This document shows positions 7,959 to 18,323 of a DNA stretch of 64,000 nucleotides, in pieces. The notes under the pieces were generated by a model. The model was not told where the DNA came from, searched no databases, and saw only the letters and a program-made list of their open reading frames with translations. The first letter of the stretch is position 1. Each line of letters opens with the position of its first letter. A program made the translations under genes and the position numbers. Source of the DNA: an uncultured Candidatus Micrarchaeota archaeon (lineage in GTDB: Archaea > Micrarchaeota > Micrarchaeia > Micrarchaeales > Micrarchaeaceae); NCBI GenBank assembly GCA_963741095.1, contig CAVUGN010000005.1:96001-160000 (forward strand). Reading direction: 5' to 3'.

Positions 7959-9131
7959 ATGATGCTGGTTGGGATAGTGGGGGCGCCGAACAAGGGCAAG
8001 AGCACTCTCTTCTCGGCAATGACCATGAGCGACGTCGCCATAGCCGATTATCCGTTCACAACCATAGACCCTAATCTGGGGGTCTCTTACGCCACGAAGG
8101 AGTGCGTCGAAAAGGAGCTGGGGGTGAAGTGTAAGCCCAGGAATTCGCTCTGCGTCGACGGGATAAGGAAACTGCCGGTCAATCTCGTCGACGTCGCCGG
8201 CCTTGTCGAAGGCGCACACGAAGGGAAGGGCATGGGGAACCAGTTCCTCAACGACCTCGCCGCCTCTGACGCATTGCTCCTTGTCGTCGACGCGAGCGGG
8301 AGGACGGATCCGACGGGCAACAGGAGCGAGGATTCGAACCCCTCGGACGACATGAGGATGGTCATGAAGGAGCTCACGGAATGGCTGGCCTCGATAATAA
8401 AGAGGCACATGAACGTCATATCCAGGGCGGACGACGGCGTCGAGGCGCTCACCCAGGTCCTGACAGGGCTCAAGGCCACCAGGGAAGGCATAGAGAAGGC
8501 CGCAGGGCAGGCCTACCTGACGACCTCGAAGATAAACTGGAAGGACAAGGACATTCTCGCTTTCTCCGAGGCGCTCATCGGGAACACGAAGCCTATCTTG
8601 GTGATCGCCAACAAGGCGGACATGAAGGGAGCGGAAAAGAACATAGAGGCGCTGAAGAAGGAGTTCGGGGCCGACAATGTGATAGCCTGCTCCGCAGCGA
8701 TAGAGCTTGCGCTGAAGAAGGCCGAATCGAAGGGCATCATAAGCTACGCGCCAGGAGCCAGGGATTTCAAGATACTGAAGGAGATAAGCAAGGAGCAGTC
8801 CGATGCTCTCGCCTACATGCTCGGGTTCGTCAAGGCGAACGGCACCGGAGTCCAGGAGGTGCTCAACAGGGTGGTCTTCACGCTTCTCGGCAACATCGTG
8901 GTCTACCCGGTCGAGGACGAGAGCAAGTACACCGACCATTTCGGCAACACTCTCCCCGATGCTATACTGATAAGGAGGGGATCGAAGGCGGTGGACCTCG
9001 CGGCGAAGATACACACGGACCTCGCAAAAGGGATGCTCTACGCGATCGACGCGAGGAGCAAGATGAGGCTCGGCAAGGACTACGTGCTGAAGGACAACGA
9101 CGTGATAAAGATAGTCAGCGCCGCGAAGTGA
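7959..9131 (+). CDS. ychF: Obg-family redox-regulated ATPase/GTPase YchF (archaeal)
   Basis: GAPNKGKST, YPFTTIDPN, DVAGLVEGAHEGKGMGNQFL, ANKAD and C-terminal TGS (IHTDL...LKDNDVIKIV). Confidence 0.93.
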   Translation: MMLVGIVGAPNKGKSTLFSAMTMSDVAIADYPFTTIDPNLGVSYATKECVEKELGVKCKPRNSLCVDGIRKLPVNLVDVAGLVEGAHEGKGMGNQFLNDLAASDALLLVVDASGRTDPTGNRSEDSNPSDDMRMVMKELTEWLASIIKRHMNVISRADDGVEALTQVLTGLKATREGIEKAAGQAYLTTSKINWKDKDILAFSEALIGNTKPILVIANKADMKGAEKNIEALKKEFGADNVIACSAAIELALKKAESKGIISYAPGARDFKILKEISKEQSDALAYMLGFVKANGTGVQEVLNRVVFTLLGNIVVYPVEDESKYTDHFGNTLPDAILIRRGSKAVDLAAKIHTDLAKGMLYAIDARSKMRLGKDYVLKDNDVIKIVSAAK

Positions 9132-9193
9132 CGTACCGCGGCCCATAGAACAGTTTATATAAGTTTTATCCCATTATCATTTGACTGATGAGC

Positions 9194-9352
9194 ATGGCAG
9201 ACGTATTTGCACCGCAATCCGGAGCAGGAGTGATGAGTTTCTACGATGCGAAGACGAACGGGCCCAGGATAAACCCGAAGCTGATGCTCGCGATAGTCAT
9301 CCTTTTCACGGTAATAGTGCTGGTGCTCGACCACATCGCATTCTCCGCTTGA
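9194..9352 (+). CDS. secG: Preprotein translocase subunit Sec61-beta
   Basis: MADVFAPQSGAGVMSFYDAKTNGPRINPK plus a C-terminal TM helix; the SGAG-x-x-x-F-Y motif is typical of archaeal Sec61-beta. Not in the ORF track. Confidence 0.88.
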   Translation: MADVFAPQSGAGVMSFYDAKTNGPRINPKLMLAIVILFTVIVLVLDHIAFSA

Positions 9353-9355
9353 GGA

Positions 9356-10254
9356 TCAGGCTATCTTGAAGATGTCCTTCCTAAGCTCCGTGACGTCGCC
9401 GCTCTCGGACATTATGTAGAGTATCGCCCTTATCCCGTCCTCTTCTATGCCGGTGTCCTTTGAAATGTCCTCGACGTTCTTGCTCTTGTCGCCGAGCGAC
9501 CCCATGATCTTCGGCGCGTTCTGGTTTATGAACATCCTTGTCGCGACGTAGAACTTCTTGTTGAACGCCCTCGTGCCCAGCACCAGGCCGTGCCGTATGC
9601 TGTCCTCTATCGCTGCCGAAAGGCTCGATGCGTCGGCCTCGTTCTGGAGGACGACGAATCCCTTCGTTTCGAGCAGGGTAGTGTTGGCGCTGCTCCCGCC
9701 CAGTTTCTGCTCCCACTGCTTCTGCCTCGGGGAGGGTTCGGCCGGCTTCGTGCTTGATGCGGGGATCACGATGGACGGCGCTGCACCGCCCGCCTTCTGC
9801 CTCTTCCCGTACAGGAACATGTCGTAGATGTTCTTCGCTATCCCGTACTTGAATTCCTGCTCGTTGGCCTTCTTGAACAGGCTGACGAACTTCTTCTTGA
9901 TTAGCAACTGGAGCGTCTGCCTCTCGTCGGGAGAGAGCATCGCGTTGACCTTGTCCTTGGTTCTGTCGTTGTACCTTAGCGTATCGAGTTTCTGCAGTAT
10001 CGCAAGCTCCTTGGCGTCGACCGCTACGCTCGCGCTCGGCTGCTGCACCGGAACGGAGGGCCCGGTCGTCTGGAGCTTAGTGAGAAGGTCGACTATGTCG
10101 TTCTTCTTCGCGAACAGGAAGCTCTTGCCGGAGAACTTGAAGAAATCGACATCGTCGCCGTCCTTTATCCCGAGTTCGGTTATCACGTCGGTCGGTATGT
10201 AGACGACAAGCCTGCTGCTTTCCTTTGATTTGTAGACCTTTGAGATTTACCCAC
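9356..10254 (-). CDS. Hypothetical protein with N-terminal AbrB-like and C-terminal wHTH-like regions (probable 1-nt frameshift near 10247)
   Basis: SRLVVYIPTDVITELGIKDGDDVDF is AbrB-like; the open frame extends to a TAA just after GTG GGT, and one extra A in the AAA run restores MGKISKVYK. Confidence 0.7.
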
Positions 10255-10344
10255 CGCAGTGTTCTGACTTTACGGTATATTGTGGTATGCAAAGCTTAAA
10301 AGGTTTAAGTCCGTAGTAGAAACGGATGTGTTTGGGATGATTTT

Positions 10345-10812
10345 ATGGATGATGAAATAGTGCCGATGGAGGAGCTCAAAAGGCTGATCAAGTCGATACT
10401 CGATAACGGTTTCACCATGAGCCTGGCGACTCTCGACGAGATGGGCGTCTGGGCCGCTACCGTCACCTACATCCATGACGAGAATTATAACCTCTACTGG
10501 CTGTCCCGCACCGATACCCGGCATTCCGAAGCGGTATTGAAGAACGCCAATGTGGCCGCAACCATCACGCTGAGCGACAACCCCAGCAGGGAGGTGATCG
10601 GCCTGCAGATCAGCGGCATCGCCGAAAAGCTGAAGGGCGAACCGGGCAGCGAGATCGTGGAGGAGAGGGTGATAAAGTCGCACAACGGGCCGCCGGCGCA
10701 TGAGGACGGTTCGCTCTATCCCATCACCGCGTGGTACAAGCTGACCCCGAAGAAGATAGAGCTGATGCACGTGCCGCTCTACGGCTTCAACAAGAAGGTC
10801 TTGGAGCTATAG
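10345..10812 (+). CDS. Pyridoxamine 5'-phosphate oxidase-like (FMN-binding split barrel) protein
   Basis: TMSLATLDEMGVWAATVTY...LYWLSRTDTRHS...GLQISG. Confidence 0.85.
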   Translation: MDDEIVPMEELKRLIKSILDNGFTMSLATLDEMGVWAATVTYIHDENYNLYWLSRTDTRHSEAVLKNANVAATITLSDNPSREVIGLQISGIAEKLKGEPGSEIVEERVIKSHNGPPAHEDGSLYPITAWYKLTPKKIELMHVPLYGFNKKVLEL

Positions 10813-10822
10813 GCGCCTGGCT

Positions 10823-11719
10823 ATGCGAATGGAAAAGCTCTTCGGGCATAACGCCAACAGAAGGGACCTGATTCTTGCATCAAAGAAGAGGAGCGCTTAT
10901 TCTGACAAGTATTCCAACGGCAAAGTCGTTGTCATAGGCGGCAGCGAATCCTTCCACGGAGCGCCAGTGCTGGCTTCAAGGGCCGCGGACAACACGCTTG
11001 CGGCGTTGAGGGTCGGAGCGGGCTATGCGATAACCTGCGTGCCGAAGGGCATCGAAACTGCCGTGAGGAAGGTCTCGCCGGAACTGGTTGTAAGGACGCT
11101 AAGCGGGAAGAATCTCAATCCGAAGGACTTGAAAAGTTTGGAAAAGATTTCGGAGAGGGCTGGCGCAATAGTCATTGGCCCTGGACTGGGCAGGAGCAGG
11201 GGAACGCTGAGCACCATAGCAAAACTCGTCGACAGCTCATGCAAGAAGGGCAAGAGGATCGTTGTCGATGCTGATGCGCTCTACGCGGTCCGATGCATGA
11301 AAAAGCTCGGCAGGAATGTTCTGATAACGCCCAATGCTTTTGAATTCCAGCTTTTCTACAAGCGCAAACTGGACCAGAAGGATCTGGCATCGCGCATCGG
11401 TGCGGCAATCGATGTCGCAAACAGGCTCGGCGTGAATGTACTTCTTAAGGGGCACGAGACCGTTGTCACTGACGGAAAAAGGTACAAGATTATCTCATCC
11501 CACTCGTCGGCGCTGGCCACCATGGGCACAGGAGACGTGCTTTCGGGGATGATAGGCGGATTCGCAGTAGGGAACAGCGACATGTTCGTTGCGGCAGTGG
11601 CTGGAGCCTACCTTCAGGCACAGGTGGGCGATAGTTTATATAAAAAGAAGGGTAACCATATAATTGCGACTGACGTGATAGACGCGATACCAGGCGTCTT
11701 CCGGTCTAATCGCGCATAG
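10823..11719 (+). CDS. nnrD: ADP-dependent NAD(P)H-hydrate dehydratase (YjeF C-terminal domain)
   Basis: GKVVVIGGS, IGPGLG, VDADAL, ITPN, LKG and ATMGTGDVLSG motifs. Confidence 0.92.
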   Translation: MRMEKLFGHNANRRDLILASKKRSAYSDKYSNGKVVVIGGSESFHGAPVLASRAADNTLAALRVGAGYAITCVPKGIETAVRKVSPELVVRTLSGKNLNPKDLKSLEKISERAGAIVIGPGLGRSRGTLSTIAKLVDSSCKKGKRIVVDADALYAVRCMKKLGRNVLITPNAFEFQLFYKRKLDQKDLASRIGAAIDVANRLGVNVLLKGHETVVTDGKRYKIISSHSSALATMGTGDVLSGMIGGFAVGNSDMFVAAVAGAYLQAQVGDSLYKKKGNHIIATDVIDAIPGVFRSNRA

Positions 11720-11727
11720 TGTGTCAT

Positions 11728-13611
11728 ATGGCAGTGCCGTACGCAGCGTTAAGGGCAGAGATTGCAAAGCTTGTTGACGATGCAGCGGTCGCGCTGGGTT
11801 ACGGCGAGACCAATTCGTTGGAGAGCATAGGATTCTCGGAACAGTTCGGGGATTTCTCCTGCTCCATCGCATTCAGGCTCGCAAAGGAGAAGAAAAAGAG
11901 CGCCGACGAGATAGCGACTGCGCTCGTCTCGAAGCTCGGCAAGTCGGCGTACGTGAAAAGCACTGAGGTGAAGAACGGATTCATCAATTTCACCGTGGAC
12001 AGGGGCAAATTCACAAAGGCGGTCATAGAGCATGTGCTTGAGAAGAAGGAACTTGTTGTGAGATCCGATGTAGGCAACGGGAAAAAGGTCATCATCGAGT
12101 ACCCGAGCGTCAATCCGGCGCATCCCTGGCACATCGGCCACCTCAGAAGCGCCTTCCTCGGAGACGTCATATCGAACGCCTACGAAGCGTGCGGCTACGT
12201 GGTTGAGCGCGAGGATTACATAGACGACATGGGCCTGCAGGTCGGCCAGGCGGTCTGGGGCCAGATGCACGACGAGCTGATAAAGGTCGGCAACAAGGAT
12301 GAGAAGAAATTTGATCATTGGCTTGGGGAGTTGTACGTTGCGGTGAGCGCTTATGCGCAATCCCACGACATCACAGAGCAGGTCAATGAGACTCTTGAAC
12401 ACATGGAGCAGGATGGCACCTACGAGCACGAGATCGCGAAGAAACTGACTGAGGAATGCGTAAGATCGTACTATCAGACCGCTTTCGATTACAACATTTA
12501 TCATGACATACTCGTTTGGGAGAGCAGCATACTTCGGGAAAAGCTGTTCGAGAAAGCCTTGGAGATGCTCAAGGCAAAGAAGGTTGTGACGTTCATGGAG
12601 AATGGCGACTATGAGCACTGCACAGTCATAAATTTCGAGAACATCGAGAACCTTCCGAAGGAGTTCAGGGGCATGAAGGAGAAAGTCAAGGTGCTCGTCA
12701 GGAGCAATGGCGTGCCCACCTATGTGGCAAAGGACATAGCCTTCCACATGTGGAAGTTGGGACTGCTGCCGAACACGTTCAAGTACAGCAAGTTCATCGA
12801 GAAGCAGCCGAACGGAAAGGTGCTGTACACGACCTCCGATGAGGGGGCTAACGTCAGCTTCGGCAACGTCGACAGGGCGATAAACTTCATAGACGCAAGG
12901 CAGAGCAGCGAACAAGAAACGGTGAGGCTTGCGCTCAATTCTCTGGGAGAGACCAAGGCGGCAAACGGGCTTATGCATGTGGCCTACGGGTTGGTTGCTC
13001 TGGAAGAGGGGACCGTTTCGGCAAGGAAAGGAACAGGCACAGGGTACAGCGCCGACGAACTTTTGAAGGAGACGAAGGACAAGGCGCTGTCGTTGATAAA
13101 GACACGGTTCGATTTCGGCACTGACGAGCAGGAAATGATCGCGAAGAATGTCGCTCTCTCTGCAATAAGGTTCGAATACCTTAGGATAAGTCCAGAAAGG
13201 AAGGTCATATTCTCATGGGAGAAGGCCCTGGACTTCGAAGGCAATTCGGGACCTTACGCGCAGTACAGCTACGCAAGGGCTACAAGGATACTCGAAGGCG
13301 CGCCCAGATCAGGCGGCAAGAGCGTGGATTTCACTAAGATAACCACGGATGCCGAATTCGATGTTGTGAAACTGATCTCCAAGGCAAGCGCGATACTGGA
13401 GAAGACATGCAACGAGTACAGGCCGAATGTGATAACTGAGTACATAAACGAACTTGCACACGCATTCGCGAAGTTCTACGAGCTGGCGCCGGTCCTGAAG
13501 GCCGAATCGGAAGAGACAAAAACAGCGAGGCTCGCGCTCGTGTCCACGTTCAGGTATGTCGTCAAGGGCATGCTCAACGTGCTCGGGATAGAGCCCTTGG
13601 AGAGGATGTAG
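11728..13611 (+). CDS. argS: Arginine--tRNA ligase
   Basis: IEYPSVNPAHPWHIGHLRSA HIGH motif; FEGNSGPYAQYSYARA; DALR-type C-terminus. Confidence 0.97.
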   Translation: MAVPYAALRAEIAKLVDDAAVALGYGETNSLESIGFSEQFGDFSCSIAFRLAKEKKKSADEIATALVSKLGKSAYVKSTEVKNGFINFTVDRGKFTKAVIEHVLEKKELVVRSDVGNGKKVIIEYPSVNPAHPWHIGHLRSAFLGDVISNAYEACGYVVEREDYIDDMGLQVGQAVWGQMHDELIKVGNKDEKKFDHWLGELYVAVSAYAQSHDITEQVNETLEHMEQDGTYEHEIAKKLTEECVRSYYQTAFDYNIYHDILVWESSILREKLFEKALEMLKAKKVVTFMENGDYEHCTVINFENIENLPKEFRGMKEKVKVLVRSNGVPTYVAKDIAFHMWKLGLLPNTFKYSKFIEKQPNGKVLYTTSDEGANVSFGNVDRAINFIDARQSSEQETVRLALNSLGETKAANGLMHVAYGLVALEEGTVSARKGTGTGYSADELLKETKDKALSLIKTRFDFGTDEQEMIAKNVALSAIRFEYLRISPERKVIFSWEKALDFEGNSGPYAQYSYARATRILEGAPRSGGKSVDFTKITTDAEFDVVKLISKASAILEKTCNEYRPNVITEYINELAHAFAKFYELAPVLKAESEETKTARLALVSTFRYVVKGMLNVLGIEPLERM

Positions 13612-14428
13612 ACTTGTAGGAATCTCTTAGAAATTCGACGCCGTAGGCTTCCACCGATTTTGAGGCGACCTCCACCGCTTTTTTTAGTGAATTGGGAACA
13701 CTCTCGCCCTTTGCCCTGAGGACAAGAAAGACAGCTGCCAGGACGTCCCCGGCGCCAGTCTTGTCGACAACTTTTCTTGGCGTGGCAGGAACGTCGTAGG
13801 ATTCATCGCCTTCGACGAAGGTAGCGCCGTATTTCCCTTTCTTGATTATCCTTGTCTTGGATGTGCATCCCGCAATCAATTCCTTCTCCTTCTGGTCAAT
13901 GAAGGTGATATCGGCCATGTTGAACGCCTTCAGCACGCCACCGAAATCGCTTGAAAGGAATGCCTCGTGCGTGTCTATGCTTATTGCCGCCTTGCTCTTG
14001 CCCCTGAGATATTTTATCAATTGCATCTGGACGTCTGGTGGGCTTGTCGCGATGTGGATGTACCTCGAATCGAGATATCGCTCGGGTATGTCGCTAGGCT
14101 GGATGGTGCATTCTTTGCCCCGCTCCGCGCGGAAGGTTCTGTCTTGTCCGTCCTCCGAGAGGTATGTGTGGATGAATTTGGTTGTTTTGGCGCTGCCGAT
14201 CACCTTTAGGCCTGTCAAATCTATTCCAAGTCCATCCAGTTTTTCGATCGGGAAGTCGTGCCCGACACGGGAAACAATTCCGATGTTCTTTGAGAACAAA
14301 GACGCTGGAAGTATTGAGTAGTAAGCAGCGCCGCCTATGTTTGTTACCACGCGATCCTTGCCGCTGTCTCTTCCAGGAAAGGTGTTGACATCGAAAGCGG
14401 TATCGCCCATGACGATTAGGTCAAACAT
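13574..14428 (-). CDS. PfkB-family carbohydrate kinase
   Basis: IGGAAYY N-terminal motif and VVDKTGAGDV anion-hole motif. Confidence 0.9.
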   Translation of the reverse strand: MFDLIVMGDTAFDVNTFPGRDSGKDRVVTNIGGAAYYSILPASLFSKNIGIVSRVGHDFPIEKLDGLGIDLTGLKVIGSAKTTKFIHTYLSEDGQDRTFRAERGKECTIQPSDIPERYLDSRYIHIATSPPDVQMQLIKYLRGKSKAAISIDTHEAFLSSDFGGVLKAFNMADITFIDQKEKELIAGCTSKTRIIKKGKYGATFVEGDESYDVPATPRKVVDKTGAGDVLAAVFLVLRAKGESVPNSLKKAVEVASKSVEAYGVEFLRDSYKSTSSPRALSRAR

Positions 14429-14520
14429 GTGATTCTATATCCGTTAGAATCCGATAATATTTATTGTGTTTGGCTGCCTTAGATATGATTTAATAAGGTT
14501 TTATCCACTATCTATTGTGA

Positions 14521-14595
14521 GGGCCCGTAGCTCAGCTTGGATAGAGCGACATCCTCCTAAGGTGAAGGTCGTGGGTTCAAATCCCACTGGGCCCG
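14521..14595 (+). tRNA. tRNA-Arg(CCT)
   Basis: GGGCCCG acceptor, TAGCTCAG D-arm, CTCCTAA anticodon loop, GGTTCAAATCC T-arm. Confidence 0.93.
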
Positions 14596-14618
14596 TATGA
14601 TTATTGTTTGGGGATAAG

Positions 14619-15662
14619 ATGGCGAAAAATGTAAAGAAAACGGAAAAGGAGCCGGTTTTCATCATAAGGCCGGCGATGAAGAACTACGGGCTCGACTACC
14701 TGCACATATCGCTCATAGTCCTTGTCATCATACTCGTGGGGCTTGCGCTTGCGCTCTCGTTCTTCAAGCAGGGCACGGTGCTGCAGAACTGCAGCTACGG
14801 CATCGTCAACGGGACGTGCGTTGCCCTGAAGTACAACAGCACGCAGGCGTTGGCGTCCGCGGAGCGCATACTCGCCTCTTACTCGCAGATAAACACGACC
14901 TTGGCGCTCCTGCCCTACTACTCGCTTGTCAACCGGTCAAGCGTCTCCTACCTTCAAAACCAGAGCGAGTGGCTTGTCGTGATACCTTACATCGACCCAT
15001 TGGCCGGCAACGAGGTCTCGAACATGACCATGATTCTCAACGGCAACGACCTCTCGCTTGCAAGCGCATCCTTGGAGACGATAAAGCCCGTGTACTACAC
15101 TAACGACAGCGTCTCGGGCCTGGGCGCGGTGGACCTCTACGGAAAGGCGCTCTGCTCTTCGACGAAGCCCGTGCCGGTCTACCTGATAACCGATCCCTAC
15201 GCCCCCGGGGCGATAGCGAGCATGTACGATGCGATCAGCACGAGCAGCGAGTTCGCGGGCTCGGTGAACATGAGCTACGACTTCGTATTCACCAACTACG
15301 CCATCAAGTTCTACAACAGCTCCAGTGTCGGCAAGACCCAGGCGCTTGGCGAGTATCTGATGTGCGCCTCGAGGCAGCCCAGCCGCCTTGCGGCATTCCT
15401 GGCGAACCTCAGCATAATCTACCTTGGCACTCCAATCGACAGCAGCGTCCTTGGTGAGGTGGAAGCCGGTGCAAAGATGAACGAGAGCAGCTTCAACGCA
15501 TGCCTGAGCAACGCGACTTCGACGCTTAACAGCCAGGCGGCTCTGGCGCATCTTTACGGGATTACGTCCACACCGGAGTTCGTGGTCGATTGCAAGTACG
15601 CCGCGATACCGCAGACCGTAGGGTACGCGATAAACTACACGCTGAAATCTCTGAAGAGCTGA
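14619..15662 (+). CDS. Membrane-anchored glycoprotein with a C-terminal thioredoxin/DsbA-like fold (no CxxC)
   Basis: N-terminal TM; YLITDPYAP where CxxC would lie; FNACL...YGITSTPEFVVDCKY cis-Pro region; many NxS/T sequons. Confidence 0.6.
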   Translation: MAKNVKKTEKEPVFIIRPAMKNYGLDYLHISLIVLVIILVGLALALSFFKQGTVLQNCSYGIVNGTCVALKYNSTQALASAERILASYSQINTTLALLPYYSLVNRSSVSYLQNQSEWLVVIPYIDPLAGNEVSNMTMILNGNDLSLASASLETIKPVYYTNDSVSGLGAVDLYGKALCSSTKPVPVYLITDPYAPGAIASMYDAISTSSEFAGSVNMSYDFVFTNYAIKFYNSSSVGKTQALGEYLMCASRQPSRLAAFLANLSIIYLGTPIDSSVLGEVEAGAKMNESSFNACLSNATSTLNSQAALAHLYGITSTPEFVVDCKYAAIPQTVGYAINYTLKSLKS

Positions 15663-15675
15663 TCGAAAAGATTTG

Positions 15676-16149
15676 ATGTACATAATAGTGGGAGTTGATC
15701 CGGGCAAGACCTCCGCGATAGCAGCAATAGACCTCAACGGAAAGCTCATCCACAGCGCGCACAAGACCTTTGCGGGTGCAGACTGGCTGACCAAGGAGAT
15801 AAGGTCCGTTGGCATTCCCGTGATAATCGCCGGGGACAATCCCGAAGCCAGTCCTATGGTAAGGCGGATAAACGCTTCCTTCAGTGCAAGGCTGTTCACC
15901 CCGAATCGGGAGCTGCCGGTAGAAGAGAAGAGGTTGATAGCGAAGAATTCGGACATAAGGGATCCTCACGAAAGGGACGCCTATGCTGCGGCGGTGAAGG
16001 CCTATCGCAACTACACGAACAAGTTCAAGCAGGCGGAGCACATTGCCAGCGAGATCAGCTTCAAGGACGTGGACCTGATAAAGGCGAAGGTCGTCGGCAG
16101 GTACTCGATAAGCGAGGCCATCGAGAACAGGAAGGCCAACAGAAGGTAA
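15676..16149 (+). CDS. DUF460-like RNase H-fold protein
   Basis: IIVGVDPGKTSAIAAIDLNG and HERDAYAAA motifs. Confidence 0.8.
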   Translation: MYIIVGVDPGKTSAIAAIDLNGKLIHSAHKTFAGADWLTKEIRSVGIPVIIAGDNPEASPMVRRINASFSARLFTPNRELPVEEKRLIAKNSDIRDPHERDAYAAAVKAYRNYTNKFKQAEHIASEISFKDVDLIKAKVVGRYSISEAIENRKANRR

Positions 16150-16203
16150 CCCACGCAACAATGGCTATAAATCTTCCCAGCGAGTATTTTGTCAGGTGGA
16201 AGT

Positions 16204-16386
16204 ATGGCAAGAGGCAAAATGGATGTGGAGGATTGGAATAGACGCAGGGGCAAAGGAGCGATTTTTATTGGGCTTCTTATCATCATCATTGGAGTGATGG
16301 AGTATTACCAGTTCAGCTGGCCTTTGATGCTGATTATCATAGGTGTGCTGCTGGTTATCTTTGGAATTTCCAGGATGGCAAAGTAA
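16204..16386 (+). CDS. Small two-TM membrane protein
   Basis: Basic N-terminus followed by two hydrophobic helices. Confidence 0.7.
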   Translation: MARGKMDVEDWNRRRGKGAIFIGLLIIIIGVMEYYQFSWPLMLIIIGVLLVIFGISRMAK

Positions 16387-16396
16387 TGGTGTCCGT

Positions 16397-16900
16397 ATGG
16401 GGTTGTTTGGAATCGGGGACGGGAAAATGGAGCTGCAGCTCAATAGCGAGGATGTCGCTTCCGGGGATTCGCTGGACGGAACTGCGACGCTGACGCTGAA
16501 CAAGGACGTGAAGGGAAAGGAGGTCGTCGCGATCCTGTACGCCGAGAGAACTGAAACGCACCTCAACGCAAAGGGAGGAGTGACGAAGAGCAACTTCAAG
16601 ATCTACGACAGGTCCATCACTCTTGACACCGAGAAGCTGTACACGAAGCAGGGCAGCCCTTACACGTACAAGGTACACTTTGTCATTCCGCAGACCGGCG
16701 CGTCGACCCCGAGTTCCGCAGGTTCCGGCATAGGAGCAGTTGAGAGGCTGGCCGCAGGAGCGATTGGAGTCGGCACGAACCTGGTGAGATGGTACATCAA
16801 GGTCGAACTGAAACACGAGGCGATGCTGACCTTCCCCATAGCCAAGACGCAGGAGATAAACATAATCTCGCGCGCGCCGCAGCCGGCAGCAGGGCTGTGA
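16397..16900 (+). CDS. Arrestin/Spo0M-like Ig-fold protein
   Basis: MGLFGIG...GDSLDGTATLTL...YTYKVHFVIP...VRWYIKVEL pattern. Confidence 0.65.
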   Translation: MGLFGIGDGKMELQLNSEDVASGDSLDGTATLTLNKDVKGKEVVAILYAERTETHLNAKGGVTKSNFKIYDRSITLDTEKLYTKQGSPYTYKVHFVIPQTGASTPSSAGSGIGAVERLAAGAIGVGTNLVRWYIKVELKHEAMLTFPIAKTQEINIISRAPQPAAGL

Positions 16901-16971
16901 CGCACATTCTGGCATCGAGCTCGCCGCTCAGAAAGTGATATATTCTTTTCTTTGGATACGAAATCGATAGA

Positions 16972-18156
16972 ATGAATACTGGGGATGGTGCGTGCAGCAG
17001 ATCAACTACACTTAGGTCTCAATCCGCAATGGAATACCTAATGACTTATGGTTGGGCTATTCTGATAATCTCGGTGGTCGTGGGCGCGCTGTTCTCTCTT
17101 GGCGTGTTTGCAGCAGGTCCAAAAGGCGGCAGCGGTTCATGCGGCAGTATGGTCGGCTTCTTCTGCAGCGGACCGCAGTTGGCGAGCAACGGCCTTCTGA
17201 CAGCCACGATAGGGCAAATAGGCAAGGGAAGCGTGACGGTCACCGGTTTGGGCTGCTCCAACAGCAGTGCGATGCCCTCCTCATTCACGCCTACGAGTTT
17301 ACCCCTTCAGCCTTCTCAGACGATGAGCGTCTCGTTCACCTGCAACCTTCCCGTAAAGACAATGGGTTCCACTTTCTCAGGCACGTTGTGGATGCAGTAC
17401 AGCCAGAACGGGCAGAGTGGCTTGACCTCGCAGATAGGCACGATAAACGCGCAGGTGACCCAGACGGCAGCTTCGGGCAGTCTAGTGGTTTATACCATAA
17501 CAGTCGACTACGCCACAAACGACAATGTTTGGATTAATGGAGTTGCGATAGTCCCTAGTGGAACCACTGAATTGTATCAATCGGGTAATGTGCTTACAAT
17601 CGATGGCGCCGATTGCAGTGGACCTGTCGGCGGCTGGACCGTGGACAATCCTGCAAATCTTATATTAGCAAGCAACACTGCCAATCCGACAACGCTGACG
17701 GTTGCCGGTTCTGGAACGCTGACTTTGATACCGCATTCTTGTTTTGCCTGGGGAACGCCAGTCATGACGCCGGCCGGCGATGAACAGATACAGAACATAA
17801 CGAACGGCACTATTGTTGATAGTTTCGATCCGACTTTGGGTACGATGGTTACATCGAATGTCGTACGCACGTTCGTGGAGCCGACTCTTTACACTTACAA
17901 CATCACCACGGCTTTCGGGAAGGTGACGACCACCGCGGACCACCCATTCTACGTGGGCAACAACACGTTTGTAGATGCAGGTTATCTTAGCGTGGGTAAC
18001 AGCATAGGCGTTTACCAGAATGGCACCATCACGCTCACCAGAATCCTTTCGGTTAATGTCTCTTATGCTCCGCAATTGATGTACAATCTTGAGGTGAACA
18101 ACACGCACACTTATTTTGCGGACGGCTTTGCAGTCCATAACAAGGTATGTCCCTGA
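16972..18156 (+). CDS. Class III signal peptide (archaeal pilin-like) protein with C-terminal Hint domain, copy 1
   Basis: RS/QSAMEYLMTYGWAILII; Hint at 17740-18141 with C1 CFAWGTPV, block B TTADHPF and YNLEVNNTHTYFADGFAVHN, followed only by KVCP. Confidence 0.9.
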   Translation: MNTGDGACSRSTTLRSQSAMEYLMTYGWAILIISVVVGALFSLGVFAAGPKGGSGSCGSMVGFFCSGPQLASNGLLTATIGQIGKGSVTVTGLGCSNSSAMPSSFTPTSLPLQPSQTMSVSFTCNLPVKTMGSTFSGTLWMQYSQNGQSGLTSQIGTINAQVTQTAASGSLVVYTITVDYATNDNVWINGVAIVPSGTTELYQSGNVLTIDGADCSGPVGGWTVDNPANLILASNTANPTTLTVAGSGTLTLIPHSCFAWGTPVMTPAGDEQIQNITNGTIVDSFDPTLGTMVTSNVVRTFVEPTLYTYNITTAFGKVTTTADHPFYVGNNTFVDAGYLSVGNSIGVYQNGTITLTRILSVNVSYAPQLMYNLEVNNTHTYFADGFAVHNKVCP

Positions 18157-18165
18157 AGAGATGGA

Positions 18166-18255
18166 AAGCATGAGGCGATGCTCTCTTTCCCCATAGCCAA
18201 GACGCAGGAGATAAACATAATCTCGCGAGCGCCGCAGCCAGCAGCAGGGTTATGA
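18166..18255 (+). pseudogene. Duplicated 3' fragment of the arrestin-like gene
   Basis: KHEAMLSFPIAKTQEINIISRAPQPAAGL* nearly identical to 16811-16900; marks the start of the second repeat unit. Confidence 0.85.
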
Positions 18256-18323
18256 GACGCACTCCGCATCGAACCGTCTTCAGGAAGTGATATATTCTTT
18301 TCTTTGGATACGAAATCGATAGA

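Noticed and set aside
7914-15956. Long antisense ORFs (7914-9146, 11749-12978, 14937-15956)
   Set aside because: They are shadow frames of GC3-rich genes (ychF, argS and others) with no motifs of their own.
17740-18141. Canonical intein inserted in a host gene
   Set aside because: There is no Cys/Ser/Thr at +1, no real C-extein and no homing endonuclease, and the host protein is exported.
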